The notes under the pieces are model-generated. The model was given only the letters and a program-made list of their open reading frames with translations, was not told the DNA's origin and did not search any database. From Atractiella rhizophila (Eukaryota), in the NCBI GenBank assembly GCA_021432655.1, contig MU271378.1, positions 1 through 64,000 of the forward strand: a stretch of DNA of 64,000 bases. Reading direction: 5' to 3'. Made by a program: the position numbers and the translations under genes. Positions within the stretch are counted from its first letter, which is position 1, and each line of letters opens with the position of its first letter. Below are positions 37,718 through 52,398 of this stretch, one piece after another.

Positions 37718-40364
37718 CTAGAGGGTAGTTCCATCGACGGGACCAGTTGCAGTTTCAGGAAGAATTCCTGCAAGATCGCATCCGCCGTCGAAAGGCAACG
37801 CAAAATCGCTCAAATCGAGGGGGAACGTAGGCGGCGCCGATCCTGACACTTTCCTCGTCATGTCGAGACCATGGATGTTCATCGCTTCGGGGTTTATCGC
37901 ACTCGAGGGCCTTCCTAGCCCTAATTTCGCCATAGGCTTGGGAGCATAGAAGTTCACTTCTGGAAGACCGTTGGGAATGGGAGCAAGCAGCTCTCCATTG
38001 GCGAAGCAGTAGGGATCATTCGCAAATACACCCGGGAAGTCCAAAGCCGGATTGGCGGTGTACACTGGCATGTTTGTTGAACTTCCCATTTCTGGTTGAG
38101 GTGGCGGAGTGGGATCTGAAGGGGCTGATAGGGACGCTCGAAGAGGAGGTGGAGTGCCAGGTTGGGGAGGCAGATCTTTAGAGAGGGTATGGGCGAGAAT
38201 CTGTAGAGCACTGCGATTAGCTCGAAGGCTAGACTGGTGAAGGAGCCTCACATATTTTCTCATAACCTTGCCCAGGGCAAGTTCCAAATCATCCCACTGG
38301 AATACCTTGATATCTTTATCGATATTCCTTGGTCTTGGTTCAGGATACGCCATAATTCTCCTGTACAGATCAGCCGTCTTCCCTTTGGTCTTGGAGACCG
38401 TCAATGGCTTGAAACCTTCCAAATTCCTTCTGATCCTATTCTTTTCCTCGATGTTGAACGTTCCATTCGTCAAATATTCGAGGAGCAAAAGGATTTCCAC
38501 TGAAGTGATGTAACACTTGTTTGTCGCGTCGTAATAGATGCAAGAAACGACAAATTGGTCCTTAGCCTCCTTGGTACCCCTAGTATCGTCGTATTCGTCG
38601 AAGCTCATCGGTTCGAATTCGACGGTAAGCTTGGATGAGGTGCGACCCCGAGTGCACTTAATCAACCTCCTCTTGACGTCCCATTCCTCCTCCGTCCACC
38701 CCATCGTCAAATGATCCAAATTAGACAATACCTCAAAGGTGAGTGTCCCATACTGGTCCCCATCATCGTCGTCGTGCCCACTAGCTGAAGACTTTCCCCT
38801 CCTCCTTTTCCTCCTGATGACCTCCTTCTCCCTCTGAGTCTGTTCCACAGTATTATCCGCTTCTAAGAAGGCATAGGAAGAATTGGGAGTTACGTCATCT
38901 GGGGCGACCTTGGTGTTGGGATCGAGGTGACGTTGTTGCTGGATCCAGGACTGAGTGTGCATACTAGCGACCGCGGAGGGGGCTATTTCAGCGGCAGCTT
39001 TGACGAGTAGCGGTTGAAGCAACTCGGTCGTTTCGGCGGTGAGTTCCACAGGTTCCGTCATCTGCCTCGTCTTTCGCTTTTTCGACGTGGGCTCTTCAAA
39101 CATCACTATAGTCCAAAGCATCCAAGTTAGCGCGCATTCTCCTCCTCGTATGAGTGGAAAGTGACAGACCAGATGACTCTTCCGAATCCCTCCTCAACCT
39201 TTTCGCGACCACCTGTCTCCTCGTCTCTTCCCCATCTTCCCCTCATGTGTTATCTTATCGAACGAAGCGGCAGGCAAAGAAAGCTCACCTTGCATGACCT
39301 CATAGACGAACTTGCCAACGACTCTCGTATCCACAGTTTCATCTCCATCTCTAATTCTCAACATGATATCCATCCCGTTAAATCTGAATTGAGCCTCCTC
39401 CTTCCTGGGTACACGTCCAACAATCCTAAAAGCTCCTCGCATATCCTTTACTGAGTCAGCCTTCACGATCGCTCGCCCGAATAAGAACTCGAACACGAAT
39501 CCGTTCGCTATGAAGTCCTCCGTCACCGCATTCTTAGACATACCCACAAAAAGGGGGCAGCCTTCAGAACCCATTTGAGGCGAGAAGTTGTACAAGACAA
39601 TAGGGTTAGACGTGGAGATGAACGACTTGTCGTCAGCGGGAGGCTGGACCACTTGAGAAACAGACCGCCAGAAATGTCCGGATCCCATCCCCATGGAAGG
39701 ATGAACCTGTGGGTAATAGTTCTGATTGACGGGATTTGTCATCGGTGCGAAGTTCGACGAGATGGGTTGTTGTGTCGAAGCCGCGAAATAATGCTGGGGA
39801 AATGGAACGAAAGCTCCGCCATTGAAAGAGTTGGGAGAGACGATGGGGGTCATTCCCATGGGATTATATCCAGGCACGGCCCCATGTTGAGCGGGATAGG
39901 AATAGTCGGGATGAAAGAAGACAGGCTGAGCAGGGGTGAACGGAGTCCCATCCGACGAACGAGGCGGATCTTGGACATAGAATCCATTTCCACTTCCCAG
40001 GGGTTGGGCGGGATTCGATATCGTGACAGGCACGCCGGTTTCATTGTGCTCCGTTGTCTGGAGGACAGTGGGAGGAGACATCTCTTGATCGATTTTTTTC
40101 AGTAGTGACCAGTCGAGAGGATCGCCGGAAGATAGAGAAGTAACCGTGGTCTCCAGAGAGTAAGTTCTTTCCCTTTCGCCACTTTCTGAGCTCGAATCAG
40201 CCGAGAGGTAGACGCTAGGGCTCAGAGACAGGTCTTTCTCGATTCCCGGCGCTTCTTTCGTCACCGCGACAGTCGAGGTTGAGAGTTCTTCTATTCCGCC
40301 CAGCGACTGAGTGAGGGGTTTCAAGAGAGAGCTTGAGGGACTTACGGTGGATTTGAGGATCCAT
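37718..40364 (-). CDS. Medusa (MedA/ACON-3)-like developmental regulator, DUF7082-type domain
   Basis: VVSCIYY...CYITSVEILLLLEYL...FNIEEKNRIRRNLEGFKPLTVSK...IMAYPEPRPRNIDKDIKVFQWDDLELALGKVMRKY; start MDPQIH at 40364 splices in frame to ELSTS. Confidence 0.8.
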
Positions 40365-41130
40365 GATTATTGTTAGGCGCAATTATGGACGGAAGAGGAA
40401 GGTAGGGTAGGAAGCACCTGATCCAAAGTGGTGTTAGGATCAACAAAACGACAACAAGAGCGCGTTCTACGCGTTTAAAGATCAATTAGGCGGGTCAATG
40501 GGAGAAGAAGTATCCAAAAATTCCGAGAAGAGCAAGAAAGGAGGAAGAGCGGACTAATGGCCGTTTATGGCCAGAGGCTCGCCCAGAAAAGGTATTCGCG
40601 TGGATGTGTTTGAGGTGCAGGATGGCAGGAGAAGGGGACGAACGCTTGAATGAAGGTCCTTATTATATGTGTTCTGTATCCCAGGGGTCCTCTCTCCCAG
40701 CATTCCCTTTTTTTCGCTGTCTTTTTTTTCCCAGGCTGAATAGTGCAATTTCGAAAGGCGGGAAGTGGCTCGAGTGTCGAAAGTAAACTGTGAACGCGAA
40801 TTCCAAGAGAATTCCACGATTTTGAGTAATTTTATGGAAAAAAAGGGCAGGGAGTGATTTGAAGAGTGGCAAAGGTAGGAAAGTGAGTATGGGAGACGAT
40901 GTCGATGGGATCATGTTTATGTGCTGAGAGAATGTTGTTTGACTGTGTTTGGCTCAATTGAGTTACGTCAAAGTTTAGAATAGATCACTTACAGATTAAC
41001 TTTGCTTCCGAACTGGATTCTCCCCAAATTTGGCTCGCAACGGGGGAGAGCAAGACATGCTTGAATTATGATATCTCAACCCATCCTAACCGTACATACA
41101 ATCAAGAGCGCAGCTAACAGTATGCAACTC

Positions 41131-44100
41131 CTAAACAGACGCTACTTTCCCGTCCTCCAACCACCTCATCACAACCTTCATTCCTTTCTACTCCCCCCAC
41201 AGTGATCCGTCAATCATCGCGATAATTGGCGAGGAGTGGGAGAGCTTACCTCGAGATTGCTCATCCTGATTCTCTCGTTTGCCAAATGCGCCTTGTCGCT
41301 GCCCATGCCCATTGGAAAGTGAATCGAGATCTCCGCTCCAAACTCCCTCTCCAGAAAGGGGATGGAAGGTATCGATCCTCCCTCCCGAATCCAGAGAGGG
41401 TCCATACGTTCGCCTCCTCCCCATTCATCCTTAATGCAGCGAGCGAAGGAGAGCGCAGATGCGGAAGCGAAGGAACCCAGCCACCAGTCTGCTGCTTGTT
41501 TGATTGTGACCTTTCTCACGCCCATTATCATTTGCATCAAATGCTGAGGCGAAAGTGAGAGACGAACCTCTAGCCTATTTTTACCTCCCATCAATCTATA
41601 GCTATCCTCTAACATCCCCTTAATGGCGCCTACCACTGTGTCCAGTTTCTGATCTGGCACAATCCTCACACTCAAGCTAGCGCACGCCTGTCCGGGAATG
41701 ATAGTCTGAGCCAGTCCAGTCATCTCCACTTTGTGCACACTCAGTGCAGGTAGTCGCCAACGCTTTGAGAGTGCTTCTTTCGGGTCGAGAGTGTCAGAAT
41801 TCTCCAGCAACTTCGAGATCGTTTCTCTTGCCATCAAAAAAAAAACAAAAGCAAAAAGTCAGGAGAGCGAATGGCGTACCGAGAGGACCTCCGCAGAATG
41901 TCGTCGTAGTGCTTCTCTTCTTCGGCGGAAAGAGGCCGTATACCATCGTAGAAGTTGGGTACTAGAACGCGTCCAGAAGGAGTGGTGAGCGTACTGAGGA
42001 GATGCACAAGTTCAAGTAAAGGTTCGCGGACGACTCCACCGTGCATTCCGCTGTGAAGATCGGGGTTATCGCTCACGACCTACCGATCGATTAGCGAAAG
42101 CGTCTCGCTGTAAAATGGGGAGGGAGATGTACTGAGAGAGAGAGGTGGATGACGCCACGTAAGCCGTAGGTCATGCATGGAATGTCGTCTGAAAGCCAAG
42201 AGGAATTACTGCACCGTATGCTGTCAGGATAGTATCAGTCTGGATGAGGAAGTAGGAAACAGACCTGACGAGCACGACGTCCACTTGATCAGCGATGAGG
42301 TTCTATCACGAGGGTCAAGCGTAAGCCAAAGAAGGTAAGAGTGTGGAAAGACCTTGTGCTGCCTAACTGCCTCCTGGAATCCGATTGATCCATTCTCCTC
42401 TTCCCCCTCCAAAAGCATTATGAACTCCACGTCCAACTTCTTCTCCCTCAACAAGCTAGCAACAGCGTATGCTACTGCGATGATCGGTCCCTATTCCACC
42501 GCAAAATTCGTGTGAATGGCCTATGTCATGGGAGGGAGGAGACAAGCAAAGCACTTTATTATCAGAGACACCCCTACCATACAGGAACCCGTTCCTCCCT
42601 GTGAGTCTAAAAGGATCGCTGCTCCATTGTTCCATGTTTCCTGTCGAGAAGGTATCGTAGTGACCATAGAAGAGAACTCGCTTCGGTTCTGCAACGCCGT
42701 CCATTTGCGGTTCTTGGGATTCCAGACGTGGATGGAATTTGGCGAGGACGAGAGGATTGCGGCCATGTACTGGGAGCTAGATAAATTTGAATTTACAGAC
42801 CGTGAGCGCAAGAAAGGGGGGACTTACCAAGACTGACTCTGCACTGTAGGTCCCGTCGTTAGCTATTTTTCTGATGACACAGGCTAATAGCACACCCAAG
42901 CTCGCCCAGCAGTCGACGGAGGTATAACGCTGCTTGTCGACACTCTTCCTTATGTTCTCCGTCGCTAATAGACGCGTACGAGACGAGGTTGCTGAGCGTT
43001 TTGAACATTCGACCTATTCAAACAGTACTTGATTGGTCAGCTACCTATGACTGACTAGCATAGAAATACCGTGAAACCGATATTCAGGACTTTCAACTTC
43101 CCCCTCTTCCTCCACGACGAGGTCCCAGACCTATTTCCATATAATACCAATGTGATGAACTACCTCTTCAACTCGGATCGTCAAAAGGCATACTTTGACG
43201 CAATTGTCGCTTCCACCAGTAAACAAAACGTTCCTCCCATCGTCCACCAAGCTGGCGATAGAGAGGGCTCTTCCATCATGCGCAACCCAAGAAGCAACCT
43301 TATTCAACGAAGGAGACCATCTCTACCAATGACGACGTTCAGCGTGAAGGAGTTATGCCTTAAGGGAGGTGGTGCTTACAACTACTTGTCCATTGGCAGA
43401 GGCTGAGAAGAGTTCTCGCCCTACAACGGAGAGTGAAAGTACGTCGTCCTATTCGCCATCAATAGACGTCCGGGACTGCTAGCAAATTAAAAAAAGAACT
43501 CCTACTTTATGCCCCTTCAGCGTTCGAATGCAGGTCATTGTTTCCAGGTCCCAAACCTGTTCCTTTCATTACACATTTGACCATGGGTATGATATGACAG
43601 ACGCACTTTGATAATTCCGCCTTGATGACCGGCATAGAGTGTGCTTTCCACAATGGCAAGCGACATCACTGCATCCGCTCGACCAGAAAGTGTGACCAAA
43701 AGCTTCATTTCTGTCCTTTTCAAGGACCATATCTGCGTCCATTAAAAGGTTTTTCAACGTTCGATTTAGAGAAGAGAGGTGGAGGACGGACTTTGATATC
43801 TTCGTCTCCACCTTTAAGTATGCCCAATTAATCGCTCCTCAGAATCTCAGCAGAATAAACAACAGACCAGCAGAAACGAGGACCAATCCTCCCGCCAGCA
43901 TGCCTGTCGCAAGACAATACACATAACCTGTATAGAACTCCTCAGTTGCCTTTCTTGCACAAGGCGACGGGAAAGGGAGACGGCTGACCAAAATGAGCAT
44001 AGGATACGACATTTCCTTCTTCAATGTCCAACCTACCAACCTCCTCCTCTTCCTCTCCCACTGGTTCCACAACCACGCCCAACTTCTTCCTGCCTCTCTC

Positions 44101-45014
44101 TCCCTTGGTTTCTGCACTAGCAAGAATGGAAGCTCTCATCCTCTCACCCGAGCTCAAACTATCAAAGAACTTGTGCTTCTTTTCCGTCTGTCCATGTGAC
44201 GATCCGGAGGGAGTCGGAGGGTGTGAGTCCCTGGATTCGGAGGGAGAGGAAGGGGAAGGAGAGGAGCGGGAGGGTAGGTCGAGCCAGATGATGGAACAGT
44301 CTTGGTTTCCGAAATAAAGACGACCACCAGATGGTTCTCCTTCTGTTCCGGTGTCAGAGCGCGCAGAAGGGGGAAGATGAGAAGGAGGAATGTAGGAGAG
44401 AGAGAGAATGTCCCCGATGTTGTAATGCGGTGGCTCGACGCGATGCACGCATTCCAGCTTTACGGTATCCCATATCTACACTCCACTCAGTCAGTTTACA
44501 GGTTATAAATGAGAGCATTAAAACAGTGGAAGGGAGGGCCACGGACGCGAATTGTATTGTCGCCACTGCCGGAAAAGAGCCACTTCATTTCCTTCGCCAG
44601 CTCCAAGCAGAGAACCGAGCTCTCATGACCCCTCAACAATCCAACAGCCTCCAAGTTCCCCAAACTCCATACCCCGATATCTACTCCCTGCGTGCCCGCA
44701 AACACGTACTTCCCATCCGTGACGATCGCGAGTACTGACTCAGGTTCCAATATTGATGCGGTGGACGGAGCGGTGGTCGACGCGCTGGTTAGGGTGCAGA
44801 ATAGAGATGGAGTGAAGGAGGGCTGAGTGGAGCGGGGGCGAGATGGCGAGTGAGAGGAGGAACGAGAGGATGGGAGAGAGTAGGCACTTTCGTTTGCTGA
44901 GATTTGAGAAGGGGGCGAGTCAGTATCCGTAAAGCTAGATATATTGGAAGAGGAGGACGCCAGTGATTGCAGGTAACGGAGGTGCAAGGGTGTCTTTGTC
45001 TTCGCTGAAACCAT
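41131..45014 (-). CDS. DUG2: WD40 + M20 metallopeptidase, glutathione degradosome subunit
   Basis: N-terminal WD repeats (LLRGHESSVLCL...SGSGDNTIRV); M20 motifs FYGHYD, LYGRGVSDNK, LEGEEENGS, DLHSGMHGG, WIREGGSIP, DKAHLANERI. Confidence 0.88.
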
Positions 45015-47121
45015 TGACAAGGTTTCACTCTGGCATGAATATTGCGCATCTAAAACGATATATAGATCCAACTAACGGCCTATAGAATGGCTGGTACTTA
45101 AGGAATTGAAAAGTCTGCAGACGAAGCTCAAAAGTGAATCAGGAAAGACAGTGGAAAGCGACCTCTCGGCCTGGGCCTGCAAAGATCTGCATAAATCTGT
45201 GCGTCTACATCGATGCCGAGGTTCCCCTCAGAGCAGCTCCTTGTCCGTATTATGCAAGAGTGGGAGAGCTACAACAATCATGCTACGAAGGCAGGGACAT
45301 TCAGCGGAAGGGTCTTCCGATGAGCCTAAAAATGACTCTCTGAGCTGAGCTTGAATAGGACGTTGGCAGCTTTCTCCGATATTACACGGACGGCTTCAGT
45401 TCGAATCATGGCACAACCCAAACAGGTAGATTATGAAGATAAAAGGAGACCTTCCCTTTAAGGCCTAATACCGAACAATGGATTGCGCGCTTTCGCCGCG
45501 TTATTCGCTTAATGTATGTATTCTCTGTGGACGCTGGATGCTCAAGTACTCCATGGTACGAGCGTCGTTCAGTCCATCAACACACACATAAACGCCAACA
45601 CAATCACTCCCACCCCATTCGATGGAGATGAGCTCACCCAATCTTCCTAAGGACAGTCTGCTCATCCTCCTCTCAAACCCTTCAATGGGAGACAGGCGAG
45701 TTGGTATGTCCATTTCAACTGCTTACTCCAGTCACTTGGACACCTTCAGAATTTCTGTTGTCTGCTTATCGCTCTATCGCTTCAGATGGAATGTTTGGAT
45801 GGCTAAAGTCGTCGTCGTTGCAAGTTGTGGCATCTGTGATCGATCTAGATCAGAACAATGGGCAAATAAAGAAGTCTATCCAGATCCATCAAATGTTTAC
45901 ATTCAATATTCAATATTCAACACCCAATTTTCAACCTGAAAACCGCGTGCCAATACGATGCCTCAGATCCCCCTCCTCTTTAATCCATCCCAAAAACCAC
46001 AAGACATCACCGATTCAACTCTGCCACCAGGGTTGGTGTGGATATCGAAATCCATCTTCATCATTGAGCTCCAAGGCAAGCTAGAGTTCTCTTCGTCTTC
46101 GAGCACACAGATTGGGAAACTTGACTTCTCCAATGAAGTTCGTGCTCTTCTTCTGATTCTTGCACAGTTAACAACCCTGATTTTACGCCTAGGCAGCACC
46201 TACGTTGACTATCGGATCACATCTTCTCCGAGGGAAAGTCGTGAACCTTCAAAAACCGTTTGCGCTTCTTAAAAAGCAGAAAATCGAGGACGACAAGCCA
46301 GCTCTCGAAGTCGTCTGCCTCATCGAGAAGAAAATTTTGTTCAGTAGACGACCTGAGCCTATCGCGCCAAACACTTAATAGTATTGAGCCTAGGACGCTA
46401 ACGGATTGTAAAGACTGTTGAGCATCAAATATCAGAAGAAATTAGAACTCATGTAGTGAGTGATGTGTTGTACAGGAACTAACATCACGTAGAGGAGGAT
46501 TTGATAATGAGGCTCTTCCATGTTATTCATCGGGTTGTTGTTAACCAAAGAACGGAACGTGAGTGGAATTAAATGCTTGTCAATATTAATATTCAACGTT
46601 GTAACATCCCTACCAATTAATTTTCATGGTGGCAATATCGATATGGATTGAGACTATAAGGACGTGAATGGAATCAGGAAATGGTGCAACGTTAAGATGA
46701 TCGTATGATATTTGGTATGTTTTATTTATGGATGCCTAGGAGCCCTTATCTCTCTGCTTTGCTGGAATAAGCTAATATTTGCAGTTCGATATTTGCAGCG
46801 GTCGGTGAAGCTTTCCGACTACTAAATCAACATTATAACTTTATTGACCCCACAACGCACAAACAGCCACAACGCGTGAATTTTACGCCATCCGTAAAAG
46901 AAAAATACTTAGCATCGTCCTATTATACTTCCCGTCGGCCTTGCTAGTCTCTTATATTCAGGGCAGACGGGTTTGAGTGAGCTAGAAGTCTCAAGGCGTT
47001 ACATTGTTGTGAGTTATCCTTCACCCGCCTACCTTAGGCGGTAGACGAGACACTGAGATATTTTCCAGCATTCAGGGCTTCAGGAGCTTCTGCCGTCAAT
47101 AAATAAAAGAAAAAACCTAGT

Positions 47122-47986
47122 ATGGCACCGCACACTCCCAAAACATGGATCAGGATATGGTTCTTCGTCTCCTCCCTCCTTGTCATCTGGTTCGTTTCCA
47201 ATCACAGTTTCAGATTTCATTCCCTATGAAATGCGGTATTGTGTCGTTAAGGCACGCTGTGGGAACAGGGACTTCTGTTATTGCTTTCTTCGGCCACATT
47301 CGATGGAAGGAGGGGCACTCAACTTCCTCTGGCGGCCGTACATCCTATACGCAGAAGTAGACTACGTCTACGGTTGGAAAGCCTACGAAGAGTACGCAAT
47401 CCCTACTCCGTTTCTCTCCTTGCGCCGTGGGCACAATAGTGATCCTAATAGAACGGTGTAGGAAGGACGGCTTCACAAACGCTCAGTCCTCATTGAATGT
47501 CATTGAGACCATCCTTAACTTCGCTTACCTCTACCTATCTTCTTCTCCACTCCCAGAAACCCGAGCCAAAGCCCTATTAATCGGATTCACAAGCGTGGTG
47601 ATGACCGAGTCTAAGACCATCCTGTATTGGCTTCAAGAGTGTGCGTCTCCCTCCATATGTTTCCATGCCTTCTACGTTCAGTCTTACTACGCTCCTCAAA
47701 TATTCCCATACAGTTGCTGATGTGAGATTCTAGACTTCTGCAACTACTGTTGCGTCGGCCAAAACACCCTCTTCCGCCTCATAGTCCTCTGGATAATCCC
47801 CAACGGTTCATCTCCTTAGCTTCCTGGCTCCTCCGGCAACGCTGACTTATTTCTCTCAATCGGATAGGTCTCTGGCTCATCTTTCCCGCCATCATCGCAT
47901 ACCAATTCGGCAACGAGATCCTAGAGAGTCTCAGTGCGACTGGTGCTGTGACGACGTCATCAAAGAAGAAGGAAAAGAAAGAGTAG
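47122..47986 (+). CDS. EXPERA/EBP-like multi-pass membrane protein
   Basis: MAPHTPKTWIRIWFFVSSLLVIW|DFCYCFLRPHSMEGG...LWRPYILYAEVDYVYG...|DGFTNAQSSLNVIET...SKTILYWLQE|...LWIIPNG|LWLIFP; dilysine-type tail KEKKE*. Confidence 0.7.
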
Positions 47987-48344
47987 TCGTTGTTTTTATT
48001 GGTCGAGGGCAGGATAATCGGCTTGATAGGGAAGGCTGAGCTTACATGCTTTCAACGTCGATAGATGATGTAATGCACGTTGTATTTTGAAGGTATCTAT
48101 GTTTTGGATATGCACACAACCAGAGACAAGCAACGAGGAACACTGCGCAACAGCATCACCACTTCCACCGTTTTACATAGCCAACTCCCAAGACGTCGGG
48201 AAGGATCTGCACAAGAAGCTATAAACAAGAAACACGAAGTTCCACCGATTCGGTTGCTGTCAACGCAACTAAGGGTCACACCAGCGTGGTTGGAGGTACC
48301 ATGTGCCTCCAGATACTGAATCGAATGAGACCGTTCGAAGTTGA

Positions 48345-50042
48345 TCAACAAACGACGACCTGTTGCACGCTCACACCCCTTCCATGTCCCCTCCCCATCC
48401 CTACCGAAACGCTCGTCGTCCGTGCATGATTCTCCTTCTCTGCCCTCCACTCGTTCTCCTTCTTCCTCTCCGAGCTCATCATGGGTTTGCTCTGTTCTTC
48501 CTTGGAGTGTTCCCTCGACATTGGCAAGGGGGACAAAGATTTCGACTGCTGTGTCCTCTTCCGTGCACGATCTTGTGCGAATGTCTGTATGCACGACCAA
48601 AGTCCCAGTTAGCTCAGTGCGAAGTAGGAAGAAGGGGAATGAGATGAGAGAGACGCACGTAGACTGCGCTGCCAGCTAAGATGAAGCCGATTCCCATGCC
48701 CCTTCCACTCGTGACTACCTCTCCAAACAGGATGGCGCCTAAGAAGGTCTGGAGGACACCACGGACGGCGGATGAGATCATGTGTGTGGTTGGGGAGGTG
48801 ACTTGAATGGAAAGGAAGCCGGCGAGGCAGATGAGGAATCCAAAGATTCCTGTTATGAGTGAACCCGTGACGAAAGTGTGGAGTGTGGATGACGAGATTT
48901 CGAAGTCGTATTCTGAAGAGGAGGGGGAGAGACCGAGGAGGGAGAATACGATGGGTCCCTCACCCGCTAACAGCATGGTTGGGAGGAGGAGGACAGCGGA
49001 TAATAGGTTGTTGTAATATGCCATCTCACTTGCTGAATTCCCCACCTTCCCCAAACTCGTCTTCACCACGATGGCATGAATGCTCGTTGTGAAACTGCTA
49101 AAGACTCCAAATGCCAATCCGACGCCTGAAGTCGACAGGACTTCGGATGAGACTCCGAGCCCGAATCCAAGACAGACGATGACGACGCCGATGAGGGAGA
49201 GAGCGGTTGGTGTGGTGCGAAGGATGAGGGAGGACAGAAGGGATGTGAGGGGAAGGATGAGGCCGCGGGCTATTTGGTAGAATGAGGCATCGACGTATTC
49301 TATCGACAGATGGTAGTAAGCTGTTCTGCCTCCACAACAAAAAGATGGAAGAAGAAGAGACGCACGGAGACAATAGGTATTGAATATCAACCCGACCACA
49401 TTCACACTCACCAAAGGTGCCAGAGCTCTCGCCACGGCGACATCAAAGGTCGGAATGGAAAAGAATCCCAGAAAAGCGGCGATGTGGAAGAGCGAGACGG
49501 CGATGATGAATTGGACGAATAGGAAGAAGAGGGGGGCAGGGATGGAAGTAAGGACCCATTTGTTGGCGAACACCATCTGCACAATCCAATTACTTCGTGC
49601 CGGTCATGAATAACAGAATGAGGAAACGCACGATTAATGCTGCAACGAGGTAAAAGATGACCGTCCCTGCAACCACGAGCCTGGAGTGCTCCTCTTTCCC
49701 TGCTCTCTGGCAAGCATTGCTTGCTCTCTCTTTCTCATCGATAATGCTCACCCTTCCCCTTGGGCTTGAAATGGGTGAAACCACAGGAGATCTACTCTCC
49801 AATGGTGCGCTTCCAAAGTCCCTATAGCTAGCAAACTCGCTGCTTGGGGCATGTGGCATCAACTCGAGACGAGTCGCGGAACGAGAGGGATGGTGGTGCG
49901 TCGACATTGGGCCAAGGTTTAAGGGGCGTAGGGGAGGTAACGGCCTTCCCGACGTGGGCGAAAAGAGGCGAGCCTCTGCTGAGGACGCGTTGGAGGGACC
50001 GAGGGCGGTGTTGAGTGTTATCGAGGGGAGGTTCCTGGACAT
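48345..50042 (-). CDS. Nucleotide-sugar transporter (TPT/SLC35C, GDP-fucose/mannose-like)
   Basis: FYLVAALI|MVFANKWVL, FNTYCL|QYVDASFYQIARGLILP, LSIQVTSPTTHMISSAVRGVLQT; about ten hydrophobic segments. Confidence 0.85.
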
Positions 50043-50463
50043 GGTATCTTGGATTTTGTCGGTTTTTCGATATTCCTGTGAGTTGGCTGCTGGGGAAGAT
50101 GAAGTGTAACGAGTGTTGGAAAAGAGTGTGAGGGTATATTTACAAGCTATATTGAGAAATGATGGTCGTGTAATGAAATCGCTTTCAGCGGCAGCGGATC
50201 CGCAGGTGAAACTGGGTGAAACAACACGACGACCATAATATTACCTTCTTTTGCCAGCCACCCCCAATATCCTACTTAGTCTCTCGTTCTACCAATCTCA
50301 GTCAATCTTACAGTCAATCCCACCAGAATTCCACTCAGCAGAAGCGAGAAGAGGAACAAAGCAACAAGTCGTTCGCTGGCTCGAGCCCGCTTCATCCACC
50401 CCCAACTCTTCTCAGTGGGATTAGCAGCGGGAATATTAGGAGGATCACAAGAAAGCAATAAAA

Positions 50464-52398
50464 ATGTGCTGCTCAGACGCAAAATGGCAGCGTGAAGAAG
50501 TGCCCGACCACAAGGTTCGTCCTGTCCCTCTAATTATCAGGGCGGCTCGGAGGTGATGATGCTTGCAACTTAGTTCGACTTCATCGACGTCCGGGACTTT
50601 CGTTCGAAAGCATTCGGGACACGCTTACAGTGCGTTCACCTCCCCACCTCATAACGCTCAACGCACACTGCGTAGTCTGAGGGAGAAGACGAATGGCTCA
50701 TTTTGTATAATAGGTATCTTTGGGTCTACATCCTCGTCATCAAATCATTCGTCGTATACGCCTCCGACGCCTACACCGCCATCCTCCTCCTCGCCTCCAA
50801 CACCTGGAGCGGGTCCATCATTGCCAAAGGTGGGGACTCGTCCATCGTCCAGGTGCCTTTCAAAATCGGAAAATGGATCTTCTTCGGTTGCATCATCCTC
50901 TCTTTCTTGCTGCTCTTGTGGGAAGGACGCAAGGCGCGAGCGATCATCAAGAGCAGAGACATCAGTTATGCGTTCACAAATGTGATGGCCAACAACTATT
51001 ATAGTTTGAAGAGCTACGATTATTTCTGCTTCTTCTGTCAGATCAACAATTCTACTAAAAAGAAGGACGACTTTGCTTTCTTCGTCTTCTTCACTTTCAA
51101 AGGTGCGTATATCTTCCCTTCTGCGCCCCCATGCTCATACCTCTCGATGGAACAGGATGGAAACGTCTAGTTTTCGCCGACGCACCTCGTCAAGTAATCA
51201 ACGGTCTCACACTCTATTCCTTCGCGGTAGCGAACAATTTCACGACAGATGTGGAGAAGTATATCGAAGACCAAGACGGAAAGACTTCGTTTTTGAAAGC
51301 GACGGTATTGATCACCATGCTTTTCACCGTCGTCGTCTTCATCGGTTCCGCCCTCCTCCTCCTCCTCGCTGCGATTTTTTACGTTCCCCTCCTCTGTTAT
51401 ATTCGCGGTAACCTGAAGGAATATTGTTGCCACAAGGTCGACAAAAGGTTCGTGATTCCTCTGTCGAGCAAGCATGAAACTGATGTAAAATGTCAATGGT
51501 GGATAGAATCGCTGAACTGATGAAGCGCAAGGCTCGCAAACGATTGGCTAAAGAAGCAGCCCTGGCCAAGAAAGAAGCCGCCGGTGACTTCTCCCACCTT
51601 AAAGACAAAAACGGCAACCTCCGAGCGGCTCCACTCCCCCAACCCACCCTGCCAAACATCGGGTTGGACGACGAGGATTTGGTGTACGACGACTCGAAGA
51701 GCGAATTCGGGGGATCAGGTTACGGTTCAGCATATGGGAAGGCCAGGGGTGGGTACGGAGGAGGGATGGGTGAGCGACCCAATCCGGCTGCCATGTGGGC
51801 TGCTCAGCAGGGACAAGCTGGGAATCAAGGTTGGGGAGGAGGGGGATATCAACTCTACGATAGACCTGTGCAACAGGTTGGTCCCGGAGGACATCAGCAG
51901 CAGGCTTCGATGGCCTCTCTGGGTGGGATGGGTGGAGGTGGAGGAGCGCCAGGGGTACAGAGGAATGGATATCCCTATGCGGGGAGCGAGACGGATTCGA
52001 TGGCTTACGAACCTTCGGTCGCATCCGTCGAGCCTCTCAATAAGAAAGGCTTGTACGACGAAAAGTCCATGGCAGCTTCCCAGAACTCTCTCAACCGCGC
52101 GCCGTCCTACCGTTCCGACTGGTCTGGGTACAACGGCGGTATGGACAAGGAGACGGTCGCTGCTTACGAGGGCTTAGCGCATGCTCCTTACGCATCGAAA
52201 GGTGGAGCCGGTGCTCGTGGCAGCGGGAGCGGGAGCGAGAGGTGGAGGGATTCGAGCGTCCATGGAGGAGGGGGGAGTGAGGCGAGCTTTAGGAGTAATG
52301 GGATGGGTGGAATGAGGAATCCAGGAGGCGTGGGGCAGGGTGGAGGATATTGGATGCCGCAAGGGATGGGGAACGGGAGTGGCGATTATAGACGGTAG
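50464..52398 (+). CDS. KCH1: Kch1-family low-affinity potassium transporter
   Basis: MCCSDAKWQREEVPDHK|FDFIDVRDF, SFVVYASDAYTA, KARAIIKSRDISYAFTN, FFVFFTFK|GWKRLVFADAPRQVINGLTLYS, GNLKEYCCHKVDKR. Confidence 0.85.

Noticed and set aside
45600..46450. Possible degraded gene in short + strand ORFs
   Set aside because: No recognisable domain or consistent spliced model.
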